Shown here piece by piece: positions 1 to 8,953 of a DNA stretch of 64,000 nt; positions within the stretch are counted from its first letter, which is position 1, and the number at the start of each line of letters is the position of its first letter. Source of the DNA: a virus; IMG/VR virus record IMGVR_UViG_3300045988_039444; one strand, written 5' to 3'. The notes below the pieces were generated by a model, which was not told the DNA's origin, made no database searches, and worked only from the letters and a program-made list of their open reading frames with translations. Position numbers and translations under genes: made by a program.

Positions 1-357
1 AAATATTAATACAGCGTTCAAAGCAATAGAACCAGCTGCAATCCAACCATTTCTACGTTTCTTTTTTCGTTCAGCTAAATATCTTTCTTGATAATCAATT
101 AACTTATTATTGAGTGAATCAAGGCCACCAAAAGAAACAACCAAAAGACTATCACGAATAGCAATATGATAAGACTGGAAGGATATAACGCTATCTTGTA
201 CCCTTTGAATTTCACTGGCAGTAAGATAAAGTTTTTCATACTTTTCACCTTCAAGAAGTTTTATAGCTAACTTACGAGTTTCTTTCGGAGTAAAAACAAT
301 AACTGTATCGCCATCAATCTTGTATCTTTTTTGCGATATAGCGGAGAACGGAATCAT
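1..357 (-). CDS. hypothetical protein, partial (C-terminal part continues beyond window start); C-terminal region hydrophobic
   Basis: Reverse-strand frame open from ATG (rc of 355-357: MIPFSAISQKRYKIDGDTVIVFTPKE...) to coordinate 1 with no stop. Overlaps the end of the upstream gene by ~40 nt. Not in the ORF track because it is partial. Confidence 0.4.
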   Translation of the reverse strand, partial: MIPFSAISQKRYKIDGDTVIVFTPKETRKLAIKLLEGEKYEKLYLTASEIQRVQDSVISFQSYHIAIRDSLLVVSFGGLDSLNNKLIDYQERYLAERKKKRRNGWIAAGSIALNAVLIF

Positions 358-643
358 CACTAATGATATTACTATCATTAAAATCACTTTCAACTTTCTC
401 ATAAATAGTAATAGTTTTTTGTTCAATTCCTCTAAGACTATCAATAACAAATTGTTGTTCATTAATAATCGTATCATATTTCTTAATGAAACTATTAAGA
501 CTATCCCTTAAAGATTTAATAGTTTCATCATGTCTTTCAATACCTAAAAACTTACGATTAACATATCTACCAAAATAAGTAGCTCCAATACCAATCGCAA
601 GAATCAAAACAATATAATATATATATCGAACAGTATCTTTCAT
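314..643 (-). CDS. hypothetical membrane/coiled-coil protein (N-terminal TM helix)
   Basis: 109-aa ORF with hydrophobic N-terminus (YIYYIVLILAIGIGATYF). Co-oriented with neighbours. Confidence 0.5.
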   Translation of the reverse strand: MKDTVRYIYYIVLILAIGIGATYFGRYVNRKFLGIERHDETIKSLRDSLNSFIKKYDTIINEQQFVIDSLRGIEQKTITIYEKVESDFNDSNIISDDSVLRYIAKKIQD

Positions 644-646
644 AAC

Positions 647-1300
647 TTACAAATCTAAATCCATTTCATTAATAAGAACATAAGATTGAGTTCCTTTACC
701 AATCGCCTTATCAAACAAAGGAATAATAATGTCATTCCATTGATTCACATCTTTGATAACTTGACAGCCAGCAGAATAAAGACCAATCTCATCACTTACT
801 TTCCAGCTTGACGCCCTATGTAAATTAATACCAAACATACCAAAGTCAGTATTATCGGTAATATCAATTTTGTCATCTCGATTATTGTCACGAATTACTT
901 GACAAGGATTAGCTTGAACAAGCGCCTTATATCGTCCTTTATGTTTACCTATTTTCCAAAGAGCTTTGTGTACACCTTCTCGAAGAACTGCACAACCTTT
1001 ATTATTAACAGGAGTTTCAAGATTTAGATTACTTGGGTCAGTAGTAGCTTCGAAAACCATACATTCCCATATATTAAAATCTCGTTCATAAAACATTACA
1101 ATAACATCGTTATAATGTTTAGTACAAGTACTTTTAGAACGAATACCCCAGATATTAAGATTAATAGGATATTTATCATTTTTCCTAAATATAGGATATT
1201 CTAAATCTTTCGCAATTTCAATAAGTCTATTTGGTAAATCATTTACATCAATAAGTTTATTAAATAATGCGTTATATTTTGATTCCTTAGTTGCTTTCAT
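647..1300 (-). CDS. hypothetical protein (possible hydrolase; conserved Cys/His residues)
   Basis: 217-aa ORF tightly packed with neighbours (4-nt gap to the next gene). No recognisable motif beyond scattered Cys/His. Confidence 0.5.
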   Translation of the reverse strand: MKATKESKYNALFNKLIDVNDLPNRLIEIAKDLEYPIFRKNDKYPINLNIWGIRSKSTCTKHYNDVIVMFYERDFNIWECMVFEATTDPSNLNLETPVNNKGCAVLREGVHKALWKIGKHKGRYKALVQANPCQVIRDNNRDDKIDITDNTDFGMFGINLHRASSWKVSDEIGLYSAGCQVIKDVNQWNDIIIPLFDKAIGKGTQSYVLINEMDLDL

Positions 1301-1320
1301 ATTTGTAATACTTTTTGTAA

Positions 1321-1410
1321 CTTGTGTGGGCCTCGCTCCGCTCGGCCTTTCGGGTGCTCCGCACCCTCACCCGGTGGGGGAGTGGGTTGGACGCCCACTG
1401 GCGACACCAT
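1321..1410. repeat. GC-rich composite element copy 1 (R orientation: hairpin GGGTGC-TCC-GCACCC + core CCCGGTGGGGGAGTGGGTTGGACGCCCAC)
   Basis: GC-rich island in an AT-rich intergenic gap. Core at 1370-1398 matches the other 11 copies. Confidence 0.85.
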
Positions 1411-1551
1411 TTGTAACATCACTTATAACACTTCTATCGTCCAAACTAAATTTTATAGTTGCCCACGATAATTACTATTAAAAATCCTAATAAGATTTAC
1501 TGCAAGTTTACCACGAGTATCTATATAATAAATCTTAATAGTTTTCATAGC

Positions 1552-2535
1552 TTAAAAAAGTGTTTTAGCAGTTTTATAAATATGTTTACTTGAATAATCA
1601 GCAATCATCATTCCGACTTCATTTTTAAGATAAGGAATATCATACATTTCTACGACTTCTTCATCTTCTTCATTTTCGTCTTGAAATTGATTCTGAATAG
1701 TTCTAATATGACAGAGAATAATTCCTACATTTTTATAACCCCAACTCTCAACAAGATTAGCATAAGTAGAAAGTTGCATTGCATAGTGATTACCTATACT
1801 ATCAGCAAGGTGGTCAAGTGGTGCACCAAAATATTCCTCTTTATAAATAAAATTATTGAGGTCAAGTGTACCATCAAGTTTCTTATCATAATAACCACTT
1901 TCAAATCTAATTGGAGCTTTATTAGTTTTCCAGTCTAAAATAATAAATTCCTTATCACGAATTAAGAGAATATCAATAAGACCGGAAACAAGATTTTGGC
2001 TATCATAAACACCAATCTCAGCGTAGATATGATAACCTTTCGTAACAAGAGCAGCAATCAGACTAAATATATCAGGATACTTTTCTCGAATACCAGTCTT
2101 AACAAAATATTCAAGATTTAGCTTACCGTATTTATGACTACCAACAATATCATCTATCGTATAGATTCTATCATTGATAAAACCATTAGCGTTCAGCTTA
2201 TATCCATTACAAGTCTTAATAGCAGTTTCAAGGTAATTATGTTTCTTTGTTCCTTTATCACAAGCCTTAATAGTTTCTTGTTCCCATTCCCAAAGAATTT
2301 GTTTCTTAGTTTTACCTTTATATTTTTGATATTTTGGATGTCGAGGATTCTTACCTATACGTTCACACGCTGCGGCAATTTCTTCCTTCTTAAATTCTTG
2401 CGTATATTTACCAATAAGAGTAGTAACAGATATGTAACCATTACCTAAATCATCTGTGTACTTATGTTCCTCTTCATTAAAGTACAGTATTCTACCCTTT
2501 GGCAAAATCTTTTCTGAAACGCATTTTCTTCCCAT
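1552..2535 (-). CDS. PD-(D/E)xK nuclease, RecB/Cas4/lambda-exo-like
   Basis: Motifs GLIDIL...ILDWKT (D...D/ExK) and a C-terminal QxxxY (AMQLSTY). The first 16 codons of the track ORF overlap the upstream gene, so the likely start is the Met at 2535. Confidence 0.5.
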   Translation of the reverse strand: MGRKCVSEKILPKGRILYFNEEEHKYTDDLGNGYISVTTLIGKYTQEFKKEEIAAACERIGKNPRHPKYQKYKGKTKKQILWEWEQETIKACDKGTKKHNYLETAIKTCNGYKLNANGFINDRIYTIDDIVGSHKYGKLNLEYFVKTGIREKYPDIFSLIAALVTKGYHIYAEIGVYDSQNLVSGLIDILLIRDKEFIILDWKTNKAPIRFESGYYDKKLDGTLDLNNFIYKEEYFGAPLDHLADSIGNHYAMQLSTYANLVESWGYKNVGIILCHIRTIQNQFQDENEEDEEVVEMYDIPYLKNEVGMMIADYSSKHIYKTAKTLF

Positions 2536-2914
2536 CTTCTTCGGCAGTTCTACGTCTACGACGATTAGCAATATGATAAGCAATAATCTTTGCTTTACGT
2601 TCCTCTCGACTTAAACCTTCAAGTTCCTCAGCATGAGTTTTCTTAAAGAACTTAGCTGGACTGTATTCAAATCTACCAACACGAGGAACACTGACAACTT
2701 CATCTCCTCGCATCATAGCTTTGGCAACACTATCCTTTTGTGTTCTTTCTAATAACTCTAATACTTTCGCCTTTTGGTCAGGTCTTAACTTTTCCCAAGC
2801 CGCAACACTTCGTTTATAAGAAGCAGGTCGTCGAAGAACATAAGGTTTAAGATGTTTTTCAATACGTTCATCTACGAAAGGAACTAACTTATCATAAACA
2901 AAAGGATTAAGCAT
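2492..2914 (-). CDS. hypothetical basic protein (Arg/Lys-rich C-terminus; GC-richer than surroundings)
   Basis: 140-aa ORF with an RRRRR tract and composition distinct from flanking genes. Confidence 0.5.
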   Translation of the reverse strand: MLNPFVYDKLVPFVDERIEKHLKPYVLRRPASYKRSVAAWEKLRPDQKAKVLELLERTQKDSVAKAMMRGDEVVSVPRVGRFEYSPAKFFKKTHAEELEGLSREERKAKIIAYHIANRRRRRTAEEDGKKMRFRKDFAKG

Positions 2915-2917
2915 AGT

Positions 2918-3289
2918 TTAATTATTAACGGTAGGAGATTCAATCCAAACACCTACGATAGAATATTCATCTACAAGAACAAACTCACTAAACTTAACAG
3001 TTCCAACACCAATAATAGATTTACCTTCACGGTGAACTTTCTGTTTAGCTGTAAGTGTTTGAGTATCGCCCGGCATCTGAATAAGAGTAGGAATACAACC
3101 GTTTTCCAGTTTTACTTTATCTCCAACATTAAGACCTTTGACATTTTCTGCAACAGCCATAACAGTATAAGCCTTAGCTGGAATCTTATTAATTTCCTCG
3201 TTATTAAGAATATTAAGAGTAGATACTTCAAAATCTGCACGAAGAAGAACTTTGTTACCACGAGGACTAAATGCAATTTTTGTTTCCAT
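2918..3289 (-). CDS. hypothetical protein (beta-rich, weak GroES-like resemblance)
   Basis: The track ORF (start 3427) begins with a hydrophobic junk extension. The plausible start is METKIAFSP at 3289. Confidence 0.45.
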   Translation of the reverse strand: METKIAFSPRGNKVLLRADFEVSTLNILNNEEINKIPAKAYTVMAVAENVKGLNVGDKVKLENGCIPTLIQMPGDTQTLTAKQKVHREGKSIIGVGTVKFSEFVLVDEYSIVGVWIESPTVNN

Positions 3290-3460
3290 AGTTTTACTTT
3301 GTTTAGGATTTACATTATTATAACTACGAGTACAAATATATAATATAATCTTATCCCATGCAAGCAAATCTAAATAAATTTCAAACTGAATTAATAAAAT
3401 TATCACTATCAGAAGCAGAATTATCAATAAGTCTAATAGTAATTACAGTATTAGCGATTG

Positions 3461-3512
3461 CAAGACCTCACGAGTGGGCGTCCAACCTACTCTCCCACCG
3501 GGAGTACACAAG
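3461..3512. repeat. GC-rich element copy 2 (F orientation, core-only variant with small hairpin TACTC...GAGTA)
   Basis: Core GTGGGCGTCCAACCTACTCTCCCACCGGG at 3474-3502. Confidence 0.8.
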
Positions 3513-3699
3513 TTAAAACTAATAAAATCCCTATTAAAAGCTCTTCAAAGTTTACCACTTTTTGCATCACCAGTTTTCCCACCAAAAGAATCAATTTTGG
3601 CGACATTAGTATCTTGACCAGTTGCACTACTAAAATCACTAATTTTTGAACTAATTTTTTCGTTATTAAATTCGTTATTAATTACGTGATTATTTGATA

Positions 3700-4440
3700 T
3701 AGTTTCTGAATTACGAGTTGGAATTTGTATATATATTATATATTCATTATTTGTAATAATATTACTTGTAATATTATTACTATATATAGGTATATGGTCA
3801 ATTAATTCAAAAATTCATTCAAAAATTACGGAAAATAATGATGCAAAAATTGTAGATTTTAGTGAAGATAGAGGTCATTTTACAGGTAATTTTACAGGTT
3901 AAATTACAAGTAATATTGAAATTACATTAAAAATTAATTCAAAAATTAAGGAAAATGGTAATGAAAATAATAGAGATTTTAATAAAGAAACTAATGAAAT
4001 TTTAAGTAAAATTAAAAATGAAGAAAATAAAGATTCAAAAATTATAGAATTTAATATAAGATTTAATAATGAAATTAAAAGCATTTTGAGTAATTTTATA
4101 GATAATGATATAAGTCTTTTTATAAATAATAAGAATAAAGATAAATTTTTTAAGGATTTTAATGATAATCTTAAAGATAAGAAAAGAGATTTTAATGATA
4201 ATTTTAACAATATTACTGTAAGTCTTTTTACAGGTATCGAAAATAATATAAGTATTTGTTATAAATTTCAAAATGATTTTAATGATTATTTTCAAGATAA
4301 AAATAATAAAAATATTAATGATTATAAAAGTATTTTTGTTAGTGTTAAAAATAATATAAGTATTTATATTGTGGAAGTACCTAATGAAACTGCCCCGTCC
4401 ATTCAAGGGTTTGCGAAGCCCCCCGCTTGAGATTGCAGGA
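3700..4440. repeat. AT-rich iteron region at the divergence point of the − and + gene blocks (candidate replication origin / bidirectional promoter region)
   Basis: Recurrent direct repeats: ATTCAAAAATT x4 (3806, 3817, 3935, 4034), (A)TTTTACAGGT x3, GATTTTAATGATA x3, AATAATATAAGTATTT x2. Genes diverge on either side of this region. Confidence 0.6.
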
Positions 4441-4490
4441 AAGAAAAAAATAAATGTTTCCTGAATAGTCTAATTAAACATTATTCAACT

Positions 4491-5114
4491 ATGGCAAAAC
4501 AAATCAAAGAAGCAACTGAAACAATCGTTAAAGTTGTTCGCATTAGTGGTAAAACTAAACCGCTGGCAATTAATGGTAAAGAGAATACCGATAATGTCGT
4601 ATTCCTTCGTGCTTTCGATGCTGAAAGCGGTGCGAAACTTGATACACCGCTAAGTATCACAGAAAGTAGGGCAAAAATGTTCGGTTTCTCATGCCTTTGT
4701 ATTAGTGAGGAAACAGCCGAACGCGATAACGCCGGAAATATGGTTGAGGAACTCAACACGCTGACGAATCCGCCCAAGTATTACGAAATGACATTGCGAG
4801 TAATACCGAAAGGCGAGCCGGGCGAATGGGGTTACAAGACCAAGAAGGCCGTAACGGTGGACGGCAAGGAATATAAGGCGGGCGAACTTGTTCCTTATCG
4901 TACTACTGGAACAATGATAGTTGAGGCTATCGGCAAGGAGTACAAAGATACAGATTTCAAGAGTGCCGCGATTAATCGTATCAATGGAGCCGCAAACGCT
5001 GCCGGTGATATGGCATATCGTGTTGAAACTTTCCGTCTGATGTTCGGACGTGTTCCGAATATGGCTAACGAGGAAGACCGAAATACGTTGCTTTCTCTTC
5101 CGGTAGCACACTAA
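4491..5114 (+). CDS. hypothetical protein (compositionally GC-enriched, first gene of + block)
   Basis: 207-aa ORF. Codon usage is much more GC-rich than neighbours (GGC, CGT, CCG codons). Confidence 0.7.
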   Translation: MAKQIKEATETIVKVVRISGKTKPLAINGKENTDNVVFLRAFDAESGAKLDTPLSITESRAKMFGFSCLCISEETAERDNAGNMVEELNTLTNPPKYYEMTLRVIPKGEPGEWGYKTKKAVTVDGKEYKAGELVPYRTTGTMIVEAIGKEYKDTDFKSAAINRINGAANAAGDMAYRVETFRLMFGRVPNMANEEDRNTLLSLPVAH

Positions 5115-5127
5115 ACTCGTAACGTTA

Positions 5128-5170
5128 AGGATGACGAACGTCGTAATGATGTTCGTCATTCTTTTCGTAA
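5128..5170 (+). terminator. intrinsic terminator
   Basis: GATGACGAAC-(loop)-GTTCGTCATC, a 9-10 bp stem followed by TCTTTTCG. Confidence 0.55.
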
Positions 5171-5175
5171 ATTAC

Positions 5176-5221
5176 AAGTTTCATTACGACCAACACTTTA
5201 AGTTTCATTACGACCAACACT
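5176..5221. repeat. perfect 22-bp tandem direct repeat (AAGTTTCATTACGACCAACACT x2)
   Basis: Copies at 5176-5197 and 5200-5221, immediately upstream of the ATG at 5231. Operator- or promoter-like. Confidence 0.8.
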
Positions 5222-5230
5222 ATTAAAATT

Positions 5231-5581
5231 ATGAAATGGTTAGGATTTATAGCATTAGTTCTAATTGAATCATTAGCTATATTCGGTTTATCATTAGAAA
5301 AAATAGGATTTACTGTTCCACAAGCGATATTAATTTCGTGCTATGTTGTGCTATTAATTATCACAATTACGGGATTTATTATTGCGCATTTTGTAAATCT
5401 ACAAAAAGAAAGAGAAAAAGAATTTGGAATTTTAATACGAGAATTAAGAGAAATTAAAGAAGTAGTAGGAACATCTGAAACACGAGTAATTAAATTAGAA
5501 AGTTTAATAGAAAATGATGTAAGAAATGATGTAGAAAAAGTAAATGAAATTGTAAGACAAAATTTAATAAGAAAAGCGTAA
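5231..5581 (+). CDS. hypothetical membrane protein (2 TM + coiled coil)
   Basis: 116-aa ORF with a hydrophobic N-terminal half. Confidence 0.55.
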   Translation: MKWLGFIALVLIESLAIFGLSLEKIGFTVPQAILISCYVVLLIITITGFIIAHFVNLQKEREKEFGILIRELREIKEVVGTSETRVIKLESLIENDVRNDVEKVNEIVRQNLIRKA

Positions 5582-5589
5582 TTAGTTGC

Positions 5590-6237
5590 GGAGGTATTAT
5601 CTCCACTTTTATCTTTATTATTTTCACTATCAGAATCTCCAATTTTAGGCAAATAATCTCTTCATAATTGTTATTAATTATTTTTCAATATTAATTATAC
5701 TATCATTTTCAATAATTGTTATTAATCATTTTTCATTATCATTTATAATAATTTCGATATTAATATTTTCATTTTCATCTTCAATAATAATTATAATAAT
5801 TATTTCTCTATTTCTTTCATTCTTTTTAATATTATATTTAACTATAAAATTTATATGAAATTTACAAATAATTTCTTTATCACCTTTACCATAATTTTAG
5901 GCAAATAGTATTCCAATCATTGTTATTATCAAAATCATTATAATAATTGTAATAGAAATTACTTTAATATCTACATTCTTTTATTATTTATTAAATTTAA
6001 CATTTTCAATATGATTTATAATAACAACTACAAAAGTTTTATACTATCTATATTTGTAATATTATTTACCTAAATTATCTCTTTATCTTTTTCATTCATT
6101 TTATCATCTCGATTTTCATTATTAATTGCCATTGTAATTGTAATAGAATTTGTAATATTAATTGTAATTATTTATTCTTTACTTTTATATTACTTATCTT
6201 TATTATCAATTATATTAATTTTAACATCTTTATTATC
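5590..6237. repeat. AT-rich non-coding region with direct repeats (ATAATTGTTATTAATYATTTTTCA x2, TTAGGCAAATA x2, ATTGTAATAGAAWTT x2)
   Basis: ~650 bp without a credible ORF. The − strand track ORF 5341-5652 is composition-driven. Confidence 0.5.
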
Positions 6238-6411
6238 ATGACTTGTGCTATCATTGGATTTATTATTTCCTTTTTATTTGTTAAATTAGCAGACATAAAT
6301 GGTAAATCAGCGTTTACACTAACAGAAAAACTACAAGCATCATTTCTGATATTTTTATTCGTAGGATATTGGATTGTATTACTTGCAAAATATCTTATTT
6401 CATTAATTTAA
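6238..6411 (+). CDS. small hydrophobic protein (57 aa, 2 predicted TM helices)
   Basis: ATG at 6238 runs to TAA at 6409-6411. Same strand as neighbours, and the next gene starts 7 nt later. Confidence 0.3.
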   Translation: MTCAIIGFIISFLFVKLADINGKSAFTLTEKLQASFLIFLFVGYWIVLLAKYLISLI

Positions 6412-6417
6412 TTAACT

Positions 6418-6885
6418 ATGAACACAACAGAATCTCCTAAACGAAAAATATCTGCATTAGAACGTACAATCGTTGCAGGTATGGGTAGTATTACAATGCC
6501 TGATATGATGGCATTACATAAGAAATTTCCTACATTAACTATCGAAGATATTTATGATATACTTAGTTCGATAGAAACATCTGCATTAGGTACAACATCA
6601 CGAGAATTTATTCTTCAATATGCAGAAGTAAGACTTCTTAGTTTACGAAAATCTAAAACTATTGAAGAAGCAACAGTACAAACTCGTGAAATATCAGAAA
6701 AAGTACAAGCTCTCATATCTCGTAATGAAGAATTAAATGACCGACTTGAAAGACAAGCATCTTATATCGGTAAACTTCAACGAGAACTATCAACATTCAA
6801 ATCAATAAATAAAAATATTAAAATAGTATCTCTCGTACTATTATTCTTACTGATTGGTCAAGTTATAGCACATTTTACATTATAA
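6418..6885 (+). CDS. hypothetical protein with C-terminal TM anchor
   Basis: 155 aa with a central coiled coil and a hydrophobic C-terminus. Confidence 0.55.
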   Translation: MNTTESPKRKISALERTIVAGMGSITMPDMMALHKKFPTLTIEDIYDILSSIETSALGTTSREFILQYAEVRLLSLRKSKTIEEATVQTREISEKVQALISRNEELNDRLERQASYIGKLQRELSTFKSINKNIKIVSLVLLFLLIGQVIAHFTL

Positions 6886-6905
6886 ATTTTAACAATAATT
6901 CAATT

Positions 6906-7241
6906 ATGTCGAACAGTATGTTTTTTCTTCCTTGTATTTGTATCATCATTTGCTTTATTATTTCCGCTATTACTTATACCTATAATAAGGCCAAAGATAG
7001 AGCAGTTAATAAGGCTATTAATGATGATATTCAAGATGGTTTTGTATGCTTGGGGGATGTTTATATTAATAAGTATTCTATTGAGTCTATTTATTTAGAT
7101 GATAATGGACATCTTGTTGATATTAAAACAGACCATAATCAGTATTCTTATCGTTTTACAAGTGAAAGTTCATATCATAAATATCTTGATTATCTTGAAG
7201 ATACTTGTAAAATTGATACAATGATTCATAATCAGTATTAA
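6906..7241 (+). CDS. hypothetical protein (N-terminal TM)
   Basis: 111-aa ORF. Confidence 0.5.
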   Translation: MSNSMFFLPCICIIICFIISAITYTYNKAKDRAVNKAINDDIQDGFVCLGDVYINKYSIESIYLDDNGHLVDIKTDHNQYSYRFTSESSYHKYLDYLEDTCKIDTMIHNQY

Positions 7242-7247
7242 GCAAAT

Positions 7248-7682
7248 ATGAATAATCTTAAAGAAGCTCTCGCACAGAATTTTATCTTCTTACATGGAGA
7301 TAAAAAATATAGTAAAGAACATCAATTTATAGCTTGCGAACGTTCTCGTAACGAAACTCATGTAATTGTTGGTTACGCGTATCGCTGGTTTAGTGATGCT
7401 AAAACTACTATTTCTCAATATGCTATTCCTATTTCTGATTGGGAAGATACAGAGAAATTTATTACTTTCAATGATTATGTGAAAGAAAATCTTATAACAG
7501 GTGAGAAATATAATTTACATAATATTAATTACTGTCTTAGTATTAATGCTTTCTTTATTGAACATTTAGAAGATAGTATGAGTACTATTAATGAACGTAA
7601 TCATCGTAAAAATCCACCGTATAAATGTTGTGATAAAGAGGTCGATTATTCAGATGATGATTTCATGGAAATATATGATTAA
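7248..7682 (+). CDS. hypothetical protein
   Basis: 144-aa ORF. Confidence 0.55.
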   Translation: MNNLKEALAQNFIFLHGDKKYSKEHQFIACERSRNETHVIVGYAYRWFSDAKTTISQYAIPISDWEDTEKFITFNDYVKENLITGEKYNLHNINYCLSINAFFIEHLEDSMSTINERNHRKNPPYKCCDKEVDYSDDDFMEIYD

Positions 7683-7700
7683 CATAAAATAACTAATGTT

Positions 7701-7817
7701 ATGACTGCTAAACTAATTGTATCTGTTAAAGAAGTAAACGGTATTGTACAAGTCGTTTACTATTGTAAAGAACGTCGGCGTATTTATCGTAAATCGTTTG
7801 CTGATACTGTTCGATAA
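7701..7817 (+). CDS. possible small basic protein (38 aa)
   Basis: ATG at 7701 (MTAKLIVSVKEV...) runs to TAA at 7815-7817 and fills an otherwise empty gap. Confidence 0.2.
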   Translation: MTAKLIVSVKEVNGIVQVVYYCKERRRIYRKSFADTVR

Positions 7818-7860
7818 TTTCGTGATGCTTACAGAAAAGCTAATAAGAAATAAGTTGTAA

Positions 7861-7941
7861 CTGGAGAGGGCTACGCAGCTGGGCTACGCCCAGCCGCTCC
7901 GCTCCCCGGTGGGAGAGGAGGTTGCACGCCCACTTGTCGCG
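7861..7941. repeat. GC-rich element copy 3 (R orientation; hairpin GCTGGGC-TAC-GCCCAGC + core + TTGTCGCG)
   Basis: Core at 7905-7933, immediately upstream of the gene starting at 7959. Confidence 0.9.
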
Positions 7942-7958
7942 CTAATACTGTTACTAAT

Positions 7959-8375
7959 ATGAAAACTAAACTATTAAATGTATCATCTTTAAATGTTATA
8001 GAATTAGATATACTTAAGTTAGACACACATGTTAGACTTAAAGAATTAAATTATTATAGTACTCATACAAGTCTTATTAAGTATTTTAAACTTGAGCATT
8101 TATGTGATAAAACATCTAAACTACTTCAAGATTTAGGTATGTTTTATCGTCTTGAAAGAATACATAAAAAATGGCAAGTTACTGAATACATTATTAAAGG
8201 CGCAGCTCTTATAGACGAACATGTTATTGAAAGTATGACTATTAATTCAAATAAAACAAGAGAAAATAAATTAGTTTATTATATTAAAAGTGTAGATGAC
8301 AAAAGTCATTTACTTGTAGATGCTGATACAGTTGAACCTATTGAGGAATATCATTCTCAATGGAGTATTGATTAA
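7959..8375 (+). CDS. hypothetical protein
   Basis: 138-aa ORF. Confidence 0.55.
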   Translation: MKTKLLNVSSLNVIELDILKLDTHVRLKELNYYSTHTSLIKYFKLEHLCDKTSKLLQDLGMFYRLERIHKKWQVTEYIIKGAALIDEHVIESMTINSNKTRENKLVYYIKSVDDKSHLLVDADTVEPIEEYHSQWSID

Positions 8376-8446
8376 TATGTAATATTGATAGAGCAAAAGC
8401 TCAAATAATTAAAGAACATAAGTTTAACTAATCAATACAGATAATC

Positions 8447-8650
8447 ATGTTATGTGAAATTATATCTGAAACAAAAGGTACTATTATTAATTTACCTATA
8501 CAAGGTGATATTAATGTTAGTCGTGACGATTATATCGAAATCAATAATGTTCGATATGTAGTTCGTCGAAAAGAATATATTCTTAAAACTGAAACTGAAC
8601 CTACTGGAAGACAAGTTTATATTACTCGAATTGTTATTTATGTCATGTAA
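8447..8650 (+). CDS. hypothetical protein
   Basis: 67-aa ORF. Confidence 0.4.
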   Translation: MLCEIISETKGTIINLPIQGDINVSRDDYIEINNVRYVVRRKEYILKTETEPTGRQVYITRIVIYVM

Positions 8651-8653
8651 ATT

Positions 8654-8947
8654 ATGCCAAATTTAGAAGATTGTGTTATTCAGTTCGAAGACCCTAATCC
8701 AACAATGACTCGTGTCGAAAATGCTCCTGCGGGTATTGGTGCTGATATAGTATTTCCAAGTGTAGAACCGGAACATTTACGAGGTGGGTCATTATCTGCT
8801 ATTAGGCCTATGACAGTTACTGAATATAATAGTATTCATGCAGATAATTATAAAACTGAAAAGAATACTGGAAGTATCATTCTTATTATGATTGTTGCAA
8901 CAATTTGCTTAATTAAAGTCATTAGAGCTGCGAAAAAATCAGATTAG
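8654..8947 (+). CDS. small membrane protein whose N-terminal ~60 aa are homologous to the N-terminus of the 2658-aa giant protein (47235..55211)
   Basis: Both begin MPNL and share VExxxxGxGAxxVxPSxExExxRGxxxSxIRPxxxxEYxxI. The small protein ends in a TM helix. Confidence 0.6.
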   Translation: MPNLEDCVIQFEDPNPTMTRVENAPAGIGADIVFPSVEPEHLRGGSLSAIRPMTVTEYNSIHADNYKTEKNTGSIILIMIVATICLIKVIRAAKKSD

Positions 8948-8953
8948 CCAAAT

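Noticed and set aside
3899-4406. − strand ORFs 3899..4210 and 4035..4406 (Leu/Ile/Lys-rich) in the AT-rich repeat region
   Set aside because: They are composition-driven frames in <20% GC DNA, anti-sense to the local gene orientation and mutually overlapping.
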